This document shows, piece by piece, positions 1 to 11,382 of a DNA stretch of 64,000 nt; within the stretch, counting starts at the first letter, position 1, and each line of letters begins with the position of its first letter. This DNA is from Fistulifera solaris (lineage: Eukaryota): the NCBI GenBank assembly GCA_030295235.1, contig AP026126.1, positions 1,736,001-1,800,000 on the forward strand, written 5' to 3'. Made by a program: the position numbers and the translations under genes. A model generated the notes under the pieces. It did no database searches. It saw only the letters and a list, made by a program, of their open reading frames with translations, and had not been told where the DNA came from.

Positions 1-1065
1 CGACTATTGCAACATGTCCGACTATTGCAACATACATGTCCGACTATTGCAACATGTCCGACTATTGCAACATACATGTCCGACTATTGCAACATGTCCG
101 ACTATTGCAACATGTCCGACTATTGCAACATGTCCGACTATTGCAACATGTCCGACTATTGCAACATACATGTCCGACTATTGCAACATACATGTCCGAC
201 TATTGCAACATGTCCGACTATTGCAAATTGTCCGACTATTGCAACATACATGTCCGACTATTGCAACATGTCCGACTATTGCAACATGTCCGACTATTGC
301 AACATGTCCGACTATTGCAACATGTCCGACTATTGCAACATGTCCGACTATTGCAACATGTCCGACTATTGCAACATGTCCGACTATTGCAACATGTCCG
401 ACTATTGCAACATGTCCGACTATTGCAACATGTCCGACTATTGCAACATGTCCGACTATTGCAACATGTCCGACTATTGCAACATGTCCGACTATTGCAA
501 CATGTCCGACTATTGCAACATGTCCGACTATTGCAACATGTCCGACTATTGCAACATGTCCGACTATTGCAACATGTCCGACTATTGCAACATGTCCGAC
601 TATTGCAACATGTCCGACTATTGCAACATGTCCGACTATTGCAACATGTCCGACTATTGCAACATGTCCGACTATTGCAACATGTCCGACTATTGCAACA
701 TGTCCGACTATTGCAACATGTCCGACTATTGCAACATGTCCGACTATTGCAACATGTCCGACTATTGCAACATGTCCGACTATTGCAACATGTCCGACTA
801 TTGCAACATACATGTCCGACTATTGCAACATGTCCGACTATTGCAACATACATGTCCGACTATTGCAACATGTCCGACTATTGCAACATACATGTCCGAC
901 TATTGCAACATACATGTCCGACTATTGCAACATGTCCGACTATTGCAAATTGTCCGACTATTGCAACATACATGTCCGACTATTGCAACATGTCCGACTA
1001 TTGCAACATGTCCGACTATTGCAACATGTCCGACTATTGCAACATGTCCGACTATTGCAACATGT
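1..1065. repeat. Tandem array of 18-bp unit CATGTCCGACTATTGCAA with 22-bp (+CATA) and ATTGTCC... variants; candidate telomeric or terminal satellite
   Basis: Read directly: more than 50 contiguous units, including a pure run of 30 x 18 bp at 267-806. The array runs off the window start and ends sharply at CATGT|TTTAC (1065). Confidence 0.97.
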
Positions 1066-1727
1066 TTTACTACAACTACAATGAGGGACGAAAATGCTTT
1101 CTCTCTCTTGTTAAAGCGTCAGCAATATCTAGTTTTTTACTGTATTCTTTACCCTGATTGTTTTGCTTATATCCACTTTTTTACAAAGTTTTTGAAAATT
1201 ATCATATTTACCCTGCACCCTCCGGCTGATTTCAACGGAAAAACGACGCTCTGTTTTTGAAAGGCGAAACTCAACGAAGCGCTGTGCTACGAACTTTAAA
1301 ACCTTTTCACCCGAACCCCAACGAGGAAAAGTATCAATTGTTCATACAAGTGGAAGTGTTGTCGTTTTTCGTTGGAGGGCTCAAAGAACTTATTGTCCAG
1401 AATTTCTGGAACTTCCCAGATTTCTGTATGAATGAAATATTTCTCATAGTGATCTTTTGGTCATCACCTGGTATTTACTTGTAATACAGCTTCCAACATG
1501 ATCAGCATGCAACCGTTTCGACAAAGAATGAATCATCATCATCCTTTTGCGTCATTTCTATTGCTTAATTAGACTATGGTGTGGCAAGAAAACCAATACT
1601 ATAGTGCGCTTCATTTGTCGAACCTCACCGCAAAACGGCCCCGTCTCCGCTTACACTTTTTGCATCGACCAAGCCCCTGCTCGGCCGCCGATAACGTTAC
1701 TTCTCGGATAAGAAATCTTTTCATAAA

Positions 1728-2549
1728 ATGCCTAGTGAAATGTATCCGTTCGTCTTTTACCTTCTTTTTGTTGTCGGTGTGCAGGGGTTTGGTCTGTATC
1801 CAGAAATTTACGCAGGCAAGAGTGCCCTGAAAACGTCCTCTTCGGACTATTCTGTATCCGACCAACAACGACGAGACCTGTTCGTCGCTTCTACATCAAC
1901 CACTTTCGAAAACGTCGACCAAGCTCTCGTATACATTGATCCTGAATGTGATCGCCGGTTTTTACATGCCGTTGTGGCGAGTGACTACCGATTGCTTTAC
2001 AAAGGACTGTCTATGGTGCAGGATCAAATCGCTCTCCGCAATGCACCCGACAATTTATTGCAGAGTAGTGAGAATGCTCCTTTGTTTCGGACGTTGGAAG
2101 AAGCAATGCAACAACAGCCCCTTCAGCCCAGTACCAGTCAAATAGCGGTCGCCAATTCGCTGGCTGCGCAGCGTATGGGAACTACGGTCTGTTCGATCTG
2201 GCCGTTGGGTCCCAATGTTCATTTTGCGTGGTTGGAACATGGAACTTCTTTTCGTGGGACCTGGGATACGAAAATGATTGTAGATGGTGTCGATTGTGGT
2301 CGTATGTCTCTCGAAGATGCCCTGGAAAGCAACAAAGAGATAGTGTTTCGTTCCGAGCGATATTTGGCGGTTCCTTTGTCTATGGAACAGGAATTGGTGC
2401 AAAAGCTGAAAAACTCGTTCATCATTTGGAAACAAAAACGAAGGACATCGACGGAGTCACGAAAAGTGTTACATTATCTTCTTGTAGTTTATCATATCAC
2501 TAATTTACAATTTTCATGTCTTGTTGCATCCTGTACAGTTGCTAGCTAA
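1728..2549 (+). CDS. Hypothetical protein with N-terminal signal peptide (3' end uncertain)
   Basis: 273-aa ORF with hydrophobic N-terminus (YPFVFYLLFVVGVQGF). No family recognised. Confidence 0.55.
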   Translation: MPSEMYPFVFYLLFVVGVQGFGLYPEIYAGKSALKTSSSDYSVSDQQRRDLFVASTSTTFENVDQALVYIDPECDRRFLHAVVASDYRLLYKGLSMVQDQIALRNAPDNLLQSSENAPLFRTLEEAMQQQPLQPSTSQIAVANSLAAQRMGTTVCSIWPLGPNVHFAWLEHGTSFRGTWDTKMIVDGVDCGRMSLEDALESNKEIVFRSERYLAVPLSMEQELVQKLKNSFIIWKQKRRTSTESRKVLHYLLVVYHITNLQFSCLVASCTVAS

Positions 2550-2594
2550 AGGTAGAACAGTCTCCGCACCGCTTCTGACCAACGTGAGTTTTCC

Positions 2595-3380
2595 TTACAT
2601 CAGATCGAAAATCGCCAACGGACGCCAGAATTTCACTCCTTCTACCGTCGAAGGGTCTGTTTTCCATAGACCTACTCGAGTCGCTACAAAGTTTTCTACC
2701 CTTTGAACTTCATCCACTGCCGGAATATTCTCGGTCCCATAATACAGCGACAAATGGGGTACCCCAGCGGGTTGCGGAAATTCCCAGAACCCATCATCCA
2801 TGCCAAGAATCTCTCTGCAATATTGGCATAGCTCCCAAAACTCTTTTGATGCATTCACTGAAAGATACAGTGCTTGACTCCACAAATTCTTCGACTGAGC
2901 TTCTGTGAGCTGGATCGGGATGCCACCCACACCGGAGAGACCCAGCTCGAGTGCTTTGATCACTTGTTGTACTTGTTCGGAGTTCTCGCACGTAATTCCA
3001 CCTACGAGCGTGACATGCGGTACAAAGGATGCACTCGCACCAGGTCGGTGGGTAAAGGCGTCAATCTTTGATTGTAGTTTCGAAGAAACGTCCTCGGGTG
3101 GTAGCAACCACAACGACAGCTTGACTTCTCCCTGTTCTCTCAGCCGTGGATGTTCGGTGAGTATCATAGTTGTCGATTCGAGAGAAACGTCGGGCGCCAA
3201 GATAAAGAGAATGAACGCGAGTACAGGGAGAATGTACTTGATAAAATACGTTCTTCGACAGAAGACAGCGTGTCTGCTTCGAACAAACGACGATGGAATG
3301 CAACTCGAAATTTGGTTATCTTCTTCTCCAGGTAAAGAGTTAGACAGCGATCCGTATTCTGTAAAACGCATAAAACGCAT
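2595..3380 (-). CDS. 2H phosphoesterase / cyclic phosphodiesterase (CPDase-like)
   Basis: Two HxT/S motifs (FVPHVTL, VPHLSL), SLWLLPP N-terminal strand and LWKTD C-terminal motif. One N-terminal hydrophobic segment. Confidence 0.85.
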   Translation of the reverse strand: MRFMRFTEYGSLSNSLPGEEDNQISSCIPSSFVRSRHAVFCRRTYFIKYILPVLAFILFILAPDVSLESTTMILTEHPRLREQGEVKLSLWLLPPEDVSSKLQSKIDAFTHRPGASASFVPHVTLVGGITCENSEQVQQVIKALELGLSGVGGIPIQLTEAQSKNLWSQALYLSVNASKEFWELCQYCREILGMDDGFWEFPQPAGVPHLSLYYGTENIPAVDEVQRVENFVATRVGLWKTDPSTVEGVKFWRPLAIFDLM

Positions 3381-4080
3381 TCATATCTGTCATCGCCAAT
3401 GGCTCAAGTCGACGATGTCCATTTTGCGAAAAAAGCTGCTCTGCATTTTCCAAAGAAGGTTCGTGCAAAAAAGCTCCGCAACGACTGGTCGACGACACTC
3501 CGACTCCGAAACGACTCAAGTACACTAAGAATCATTGTAGCAGTCCCGAAAGCATGTCGCTCGTCTGTCGTGCATCTCCTCCATTTACAGTTCGCTTTTT
3601 TTCGGTTCGTGTCCGTTTCTGTTCTTTTCCTTTCGTCCCGTCATCGTTTTGATCATCAAAAGCCATCCTATGCAGTGTCGGTGCATAGTGAGAGAGGCAA
3701 CGGGAACTAACATTGAACAGCTGCCTCAAACAGCGTGTTGCAGTACAGCGATCAAAAGACACAAAGTAAAGAACACGCTTGGCAGACGCGCTGCCAATCC
3801 GTCTTGGCGTGAAGTATTTACATAACAAATGATACCGTGCTTGAAATACAGCCAGAAAGTATCTCACACGGCGGAAAGGATCTGCAAATATTGACATTTA
3901 AGAGGTCGGACCTCTTGAAGAATTATTGCGGCGCAGCCTAGAAGCGGAGTTGACAAGTGACAAACAACGGAGCATTCATTTCAATACCAGGTGTTGCAGT
4001 GCACACGGATCATTGGTGGTGCTCGGATCGTCTTATTTGTTTCGACGCTGGCTCCTATCCTCTAGCAATCGTTGTCGAGA

Positions 4081-4677
4081 ATGATTTGCAGTGTGTTGAA
4101 GAACACGGTCGCCATCCGTCCCGTCCGCACATTGACGTTTCGGTCCTTATCTTCGGTTGTTGCTCCCGACATCAATGACTTGGAACAGGAACAGATCAAG
4201 CAAGCCAACGAAGCATATCATGGTATTGTCGAAATTTCTGTTTCGGGAGATCGTGGATGGGGCGTTTTCGCTTCGCGTGATCTTGTCAAAGGAGAACGAC
4301 TCATCAAGATTACCCCCTTTAGTTTCACCGACACGCCGAATCAGCATTCGATCCAGATTGACTGGAAGAAGCACATGAACGTGGATATTCCCGCTCGCTT
4401 TGTCAATCATTGTTGCAACGAAGCCAACGTTGGGATCAAGATCCGTGACGAAGCCGCTGACTTTTATGCGCTCCGTGATATTGAATCGGGCGACGAATTG
4501 TTGTGGGATTACGAAACGACCGAGTATCGTGTTTCGGAGAACTTTCCGTGCAACTGCGGTTCTTCTCGTTGCCGTGGAACGATCCGCGGCTACTACGCCC
4601 ATGGCAATCAAGTCATGAAGGCCTATGGTCCGGACTTTATTGCTCCTTATTTGTTGAAGAAGACTCCTTTGAAATAG
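4081..4677 (+). CDS. Small SET-domain protein with post-SET; probable mitochondrial presequence
   Basis: RGWGVFA, ARFVNHCC, ELLWDY and CNCGSSRCRG motifs. Arg/Ser-rich N-terminus from ATG 4081. Confidence 0.88.
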   Translation: MICSVLKNTVAIRPVRTLTFRSLSSVVAPDINDLEQEQIKQANEAYHGIVEISVSGDRGWGVFASRDLVKGERLIKITPFSFTDTPNQHSIQIDWKKHMNVDIPARFVNHCCNEANVGIKIRDEAADFYALRDIESGDELLWDYETTEYRVSENFPCNCGSSRCRGTIRGYYAHGNQVMKAYGPDFIAPYLLKKTPLK

Positions 4678-5150
4678 CCAGATTGGTGATGCATGTGTCG
4701 GGCGTTTTTTGCTTTCAGTAGAAAGGTAATTGTAAGCGAAGGGCTAGTCGTAGGAGCCTAGCGTAATTGCCAACTAGAGTGTGTTGTGATTTTTTTGGTC
4801 TTGATCCATATTTTGTTCCGTGATTAATTCACGGTGTCGTGTGTCGTGTCCCATCGCTGTCTCAAACCCGCGTGTCCGGATCTTGTATATTGCTGAGTAC
4901 TTTGTTTACCACAGCACGAAAAGGAGGAGATTTGTGCTTAGCGCTTAATAACCGCTATGATATATCCAAACAAGTAAAAATATTGAATACAGTATTTGTG
5001 ATTATTCAGTTCCGGGCAAAGCACAAATGCTCGCACTTCAAACTTTTTGCGATGATGCTCGTCAACCCATTAAACGCACAACCGTCCTTTCAATCAATAC
5101 TTTTATAGACGGATCGATCGACCCATCCTTCATTGACAGTTTTAAAAGCC

Positions 5151-7174
5151 ATGGAAGAATTCAATCATCAGGCTGATGATTTAACTGCAGAAACGCGCAA
5201 TAACCGTCCGCCCGCTATAGCTGCAGGTGTACCGCCAGCAGAAGTGCAGGCGCCGTCCCGGATAGAAGAATTTGCTGCTTCGAACATTGCTTCCAATTCT
5301 CAGGCTCGTCTGCGTCAACAAGCGCACGCAAATATACCGAGTATACACCACTTTCACGATCCGCCGTCCGCGGTCCGATTTCAAGCTCCTCCGCAGCGAG
5401 TCGTTGCTCCTTCGATCGCCCCCCTGGAAAGAAATAATGTACCAGCGGACCGTCGAGAGGCCCGCGCTCTTCCCCCGCCCGTTCGACAAGCAAATCGAGA
5501 CATAATCATTCCGGAACATTCCGTCGATGGAGATGCTGGTACATTGTGCAGTGAAAGCAACGAGGATGAAGTGTTTGGACCATCGGGCTGGAGTCAAGTC
5601 GAGATGGCTCGCGAACCAGGAGGCGCACCATCAATAGCTCCTTCTCCGCGTTCCTTACATGCTGGTGCGGTCTTGAATGGAGCAATGTATATTTTTGGTG
5701 GGTACGACGGTACGCAGCGTGTCAATACGTTCCATGCCTTTTCGTTCATCGAAAAGCGCTGGTCACCCGTACTTCCGTCTCCTCATTCGCCTCCTCCGCC
5801 GAGTCCTCGCGATCGGCATGTCGCTTTCGTGTTCGGCAACTCGTTTTACGTACATGGTGGATTCAATGGTCACTCACGGGTCGCCGACATGTTTGGGTTT
5901 GACTTTAGTACGATGACTTGGCGTGAAATCAGCATGTCGGGTATGACGGGTCGTGTGCCCTCACCGAGACACTCGCACTCGGCCGTGGTGTATGGCCATT
6001 CTTTATTCATCGCGTTTGGATATGACGGAAGTTACAAAAGTGATATTCATGAATACGATTTTGTAAATTCGCGTTGGAGTGCTGTTGCTGCTGGTGGTCG
6101 TCGGTGCGTATTTGCCATTCGTCTCTTTTTGCATACAAAGATTTTGTCAAGAAAGTTGATTCATTTTCAATCCTGCCTTTTACAGACCCCGCCCTCGCTA
6201 TCGCGCCACAACGGAAGTTCACAAGAATTACATGCTGGTGTTTGGAGGACACGATGGAGTTCGTCACTTATCGGACACCAATGTATTTGATCTTGAAACA
6301 AAAACCTGGTCGACTTTGATTACAGAAGGACCGACGCCAATGCCTCGAGACTCGCACGTATCGTGTATGCATGGTAACAGCATGTTTGTCTTTGCTGGGA
6401 GCACGGGTTCCGCTATGAATGACTTTTATGAGCTGCAATTGCCAGCCGGTACGCTGGATTCTTCAGCGGCGGCGCGATGGCGACCTATCAAGTCGTCGTC
6501 ACGTGACTTTGAACCTCGGCCTAGATTTTGTCATGTTGGTGTTGTACACGATGGAAGCTTGTATTGCTTTGGCGGCTATGATGGAAGAGATCGTCTCAAT
6601 GACTTTGTTCGTTTTGATTTTACGGTCTATGATTTAAGCTTTGAGCTGCCTCCTTCGACGCTCGTTTCGGACTTGCGATCGATGATAAACAACAGCACCT
6701 TATCGGATGTAACGTTTCTTGTGGAAGGACAGCCTGTTTATGCTCATAAGTTGATGCTGATGCGCTGCCCTTACTTTGAAGCTCTTTTTCTATGCAAAAT
6801 GCGCGAATCTCGAATGACGGAGATACCCGTTTCGCAAGTGAGTTATCCTGTCTTTATGTCGATTTTGGAATACCTGTACACGGATCAAGTGAAGATGTCG
6901 ACAAGCAATGCCATGGATATATTTGTTGCTGCCGATTTGTTCTGCATTCCTCGCTTGAAGACGATGTGCGAGAAGCACATGTTACAGTCTATAACGGTTG
7001 ACAATGCGGCTTCTATCTTTTATGCTGCTGATATGCATAGTGCAGCCGCGTTGCGTCAAAAGGCAAAAAAAGTACGTCGTCTCACATTTTGAAGAGGTAT
7101 CAAAGTCTAGCACCTTCGAAGAAATGGGGCGGAACAACATTGAATTGGTCTTTGAATTGTTGCAAAGTCGATAA
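5151..7174 (+). CDS. Kelch-repeat + BTB/POZ protein (LZTR1-like)
   Basis: Six Kelch repeats (e.g. IFGGYDG, VFGGHDG) and a BTB domain (SDVTFLVEGQPVYAHK). GT-AG intron 6104-6185 restores RPRPRYRAT. One extra A in the A-run near 7065-7071; correcting it gives KKYVVSHFEEVSK...LLQSR* ending at 7174. Confidence 0.88.
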
Positions 7175-7836
7175 TTTTAGAGGCGTTGGATCAGCTATTC
7201 ACAAGTTATCAGAACAGGTTTAGGATAAGTCTCATGATAAGTCACAGGTCCCATTTAATGGTGGTGATTGATTACCGAGATTGCCATGCTTACTAACATG
7301 GTTTGTCGGAATATTTTAAACCTTGATCATCGAGATTTTCCACGCTTACTACAATGCTGTCGGAAGACTTGCCACGCTATTGTTGTGCTTGGTTTCGTTA
7401 CTTCCTCTGTCAAAAAGAGTAAAAGCCTGGTACCGTACCTGGTAGATAGATACTACGTAGTACGGAGTATTTTTGTTTAGGCGATGAAGCTTTCGTAACC
7501 GGGACCGAAGGGCATACCCAGATAGCCCGTAACCCTAGCCGACACTCCCTGCAGTTCGAGACAGCGACACTCTTACATTATGTGTCTCGATTTGAATGAC
7601 TGTAGCGTAACATGTATTGCCTGTCGTGTGCTCGGCACTGATTTCACCTATACGTCGTCTCATTCCGTTAGGAAGACGAACACTATCCAACCACGACGAC
7701 GAAATCCATCACAGCATTTCATTGTTTCTTTCTCATTGAATAAATCCGCGACGTGCGTAGATACATTGTTGTGTAAAGTATCGTTTACATTAATCCTCCT
7801 GGCTGGTTGTCTGTAGACTGTTGAAAGTGTGAAAAT

Positions 7837-8452
7837 ATGGGCAACGGAGACTTAGTAGATAGCAACATTGCATTCAGTCCTGGTTCCGGCATGGAGATCA
7901 TTGCCGGGAGCCCGACAAAGCGCCGTGTCGTCAAAGCAGCAAAGCCATCTCCCTCAACTGAACGGGAGACTTCTGCATTAGGTCTTGATGCTGTAGACGA
8001 CACCACGAACCTCTCACCCAACAAAAAATTCGTCGACAAATTAGACAATCTTTCTGAAAAAGATGACGATGATCATGTCGAGTCGTTGCAAACCCGAATC
8101 GAATCAATGGAAGAGCGCCAACGTCTACGTCGCGAGCAGGCTTTACAAGAGCGGCGCACTAATCCGAAATCAAAAACGCCCAAAGAATCTCCGCAACCGA
8201 ATCCTTTTTCAAGATTCATGCGCGTGTTCTCAGTCGAACCGGCTTATCCTGAGCACAAACGATCTTATCAGGGGAGAAAACGTTGGCGAAGAGCCTGTGG
8301 TAAAGAAACCCCGATCAACTGATGCCGAAAGTGATAGCGATGATGATCATTTACCGTCGAGCTCCGCTTTCTATCCTATGGCATTGGGTGCTGCGGCTGC
8401 TTTCATTGCAGTAGCTGTCATGGCAATCATGCGATTCAAGCTGAAGAAGTAA
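7837..8452 (+). CDS. Hypothetical protein with coiled coil and C-terminal transmembrane anchor (frameshift near 8270)
   Basis: Two overlapping ORFs joined near a G-run. C-terminal hydrophobic helix followed by RFKLKK. Confidence 0.6.
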
Positions 8453-8559
8453 AAGAAAAGTATAAGTGCCTTATCAGATTGCTTTATAGCTTATGAAGCC
8501 ATAACATTAGAAATCAACACATTATCAGAACTTCTCAGTCCTTCATACGCACGTTGCAT

Positions 8560-10902
8560 TCATTTGCGAGCAAACATCGCAGTTCGAAAAGGTAGAATCT
8601 GTTGCCCCATTGCTTCGATGAGTCCTGACCATGGCGGTTCGTCGAAGCTTGCGTCACCTAGCTTTGCTATAGCTTGAAGCTTGATGGGTAGAGCGACATA
8701 CTGAGAATAGTCACCGCCGAGAGCATCATCGTTGGTAGCAGGGGCCATGCGATGAGTTTCGCTCAAATACCCAAGATTTTCCATTAAAACTTTGACCTGT
8801 TTCGCGTTCTGTTTCTTCACAAACACAACACGAACTTCGGGGTTCGTCTCGACAACTTTTGACATTGCTTGTAGCGACTTATCGTGGATTCTTAACATCG
8901 TATTGTCGTTCTTCGTCTTGTCGTTTGGTTCCAGAATTTTATCGGCAGTCATTTCCAGGCCAAAGGACGTCGCGAAGCAAGGACGAAATGAAAACCCAGC
9001 TGTACCTCCACCCACGCAGGCTAGTCGGATCGTCCCGTGATCCGAGTACGCTCTCTGTGACAGTATAGCTAACGAGTGCGAAACCAAAGGACCCGTTGAA
9101 GCGCACTCCGGAAGCTGCATATTAGTTCTGCTGCAAACATTCCATGTACCTGTTTCGTTAATAAGCTCCATGACATGAATGGGGTGTCGAGAAACGCCTC
9201 CGTCTTTGGTGGGCTGTACCCCGCCACTGAGGAGAACTTGGGGTTGGTAGGATGAAGATTGGACACGCTCTTGTAGCATGCATGCATCAAGGCCGAATCC
9301 GCATAAATTGCTGTCGAGAAAGTCCAAATTTAATGCAGAAGTGTCCTTTATTCCCGAAATAATACATATGCCAGAACTCGTCCCATGATTTGAAAAAGGC
9401 GCTAGAGGATCCGATGTTTCAAGTAACCCGCCAAAAACCATAATATGGTCTGATGTTGCACAAGAGGCATGGTCAAACCTGCGAAATGCGTCGCCGAATC
9501 TGTCGAGCTTCTCCCATTGCAGAAATAGGTTTGTGGAGCCATCTCTTTGAATACTAAGAATAAAGAAAGAGTCTTCTACAACTGAATCACAGTCCCTACC
9601 TCCAACTAGAAATGCAAGATCTCCTGAGATACTTGTTAATGTATGACCCCAGCGAGCACTCGGAGGAGTACCCGCGATGTCTTTCAGCTGGTAAAATGAT
9701 GAGCCTCCGTTGGGTGTATATTCAAACAGAATCAAATCAGACTGTGGAGCGCCTGGGCTTTTTCTGCCTCCGAAAAGGAGAACGAGATCAGCTGCCGTTT
9801 CGTCGTAAATTGTTTGTTGCAATATGCACGATGCAGATCGCTCACGTGCGCTCCAATCGATGGGATCTGCCAGCAACCCGCGAATTCTGCCATTTTTCGT
9901 ATCTCCTCGCATCAAAGGGACTTCCGTCCATGACTGATCCCATGCACCGTCTACAGATTGCCTGAGTCTATACACTCGGCTTGATCTTGCAGCCCCAGGA
10001 GGTGTATTTCCTGTTGATAGCGTGAACGGTCCTGTTCCATAGCCCCCAAATGCTATTATGTCCGTAGTTATTCCGCTGCCATTTGAGGACGTCACCGACA
10101 CACAGGTGTGTCCCCAAAGGTTCAAATTCGGCAATTCGTGAAAGTTGGTGATCGACATGTTGGAGAGGCGCTCTAATGTGAATAGCGTTTTGCGAATCGA
10201 TTCACCAAGATCATCAAGACGTTTCCAGTTTTTCTCCAGCCGATCGTTGCACTCATCCACTAGCCCGGATAGGTATTCCGTCGATAGTTGCCACGGACCC
10301 GATCGCATCAGAGGGATTGCCAAAGCCAGGCTGTAACTTCGGATAGCCACGGTAAGCCGAGAAGCAGTAACAACAAGTCCAGACTCTCGAAAACCCCGCT
10401 GTAAAGCAATCTGCAATAACTGTTTACCTCGCTCCAGATTTCCAGCCGCTACGTGCAAAAGCATCGGTTCAAACCGGAAACTCATCATCGAATGTTGTGA
10501 TGTTGTGCTTGACTTTTTGTCCTCGCTGACTTTCAGTTGTGTCAAAACTTGGTCCAATGATACTTTGTCGTGTGCGGCGAGAAGCCATTTTCCTGTTCCC
10601 TTGCCGCTGGCCTCGCCGGCTGCTGCAGCGACCTCCGCCTCCAGATACGTCTCGTCGATCACAGAAAGGTCAGCCCCTGTCGGATCGAATAATGCGATTC
10701 GTCCAGAGCAGGAAGATAGTGTAGCAAAAGAAGGATGTGCATTGATGAGATCGACCAGATCTTGAATCGGAGCGTCAACCGAACCCTTGGGAGATTTATC
10801 GCGTTGATTGCCTTCGTACAATGTCGAAAGCGTCTTCTGTCGTAGTGCGTTAAAGCTGGGAAGAAGTTCATTCGGTTGATCTTCATAGTCTGGTTTTAGC
10901 AT
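8560..10902 (-). CDS. TYW3: tRNA wybutosine-synthesis protein: TYW3 methyltransferase + Kelch-like repeats
   Basis: DKSPKGSVD, TLSSCSGRI, FEPMLLHV, GFRESG and VAIRS are TYW3 signatures, followed by Kelch-like FGG/VGG repeats. Confidence 0.9.
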   Translation of the reverse strand: MLKPDYEDQPNELLPSFNALRQKTLSTLYEGNQRDKSPKGSVDAPIQDLVDLINAHPSFATLSSCSGRIALFDPTGADLSVIDETYLEAEVAAAAGEASGKGTGKWLLAAHDKVSLDQVLTQLKVSEDKKSSTTSQHSMMSFRFEPMLLHVAAGNLERGKQLLQIALQRGFRESGLVVTASRLTVAIRSYSLALAIPLMRSGPWQLSTEYLSGLVDECNDRLEKNWKRLDDLGESIRKTLFTLERLSNMSITNFHELPNLNLWGHTCVSVTSSNGSGITTDIIAFGGYGTGPFTLSTGNTPPGAARSSRVYRLRQSVDGAWDQSWTEVPLMRGDTKNGRIRGLLADPIDWSARERSASCILQQTIYDETAADLVLLFGGRKSPGAPQSDLILFEYTPNGGSSFYQLKDIAGTPPSARWGHTLTSISGDLAFLVGGRDCDSVVEDSFFILSIQRDGSTNLFLQWEKLDRFGDAFRRFDHASCATSDHIMVFGGLLETSDPLAPFSNHGTSSGICIISGIKDTSALNLDFLDSNLCGFGLDACMLQERVQSSSYQPQVLLSGGVQPTKDGGVSRHPIHVMELINETGTWNVCSRTNMQLPECASTGPLVSHSLAILSQRAYSDHGTIRLACVGGGTAGFSFRPCFATSFGLEMTADKILEPNDKTKNDNTMLRIHDKSLQAMSKVVETNPEVRVVFVKKQNAKQVKVLMENLGYLSETHRMAPATNDDALGGDYSQYVALPIKLQAIAKLGDASFDEPPWSGLIEAMGQQILPFRTAMFARK

Positions 10903-11382
10903 TCTGACATGATGCTATGGTTTAAGAGTTCGTGATGTGATCGAACGATGATAACTCACAAGATAAATCAATTGTACCAGTTTATCGCTAATGTCGCAAC
11001 CCACCATTCCTTGTTTTGTTTTGTGTCTTGTCCCACGGATTTTTCCCTCCAACATTCACTGTCTGTTAAAGTGTTCAAGAACAGGCTGTGACTTAACTGG
11101 AGAGCAGTCCCGGAAGCTGCCGGCCATATTATCTACTATTGAATTATAGGTAAAGTCGATAGCTTTTCGATCAGCGGTACAAAGAACTTTGGATTTATCG
11201 ATGTTATTCGGCTAGAAGGATGGTGGAATATTTTTAAATTATGCGAGACAAAAAAATGACTCATTGACGCAAGATGCATCCCATGGCATTCGAGGTCGCA
11301 AGTATCGACGCTGTTGATTCGTTGCTGCTTGTGCTGTACTTCTATTTTATCATCAGCAACCGGCACAAAGCATGCCTTACAG

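Noticed and set aside
1..1065. CRISPR array
   Set aside because: Units are directly abutting with no unique spacers, there are no cas genes, and the context is eukaryotic.
7..1260. Long repetitive ORFs (MSDYCN, TCPTIA, HVRLLQ and reverse-strand equivalents)
   Set aside because: Artefact of an 18-bp unit with no stop in five frames; no evidence of coding.
7072..7104. Second intron in the Kelch-BTB gene starting GTACGT
   Set aside because: The sequence reads as plausible coding (KYVVSHFEEV) after removing one A, so a frameshift error explains it better.
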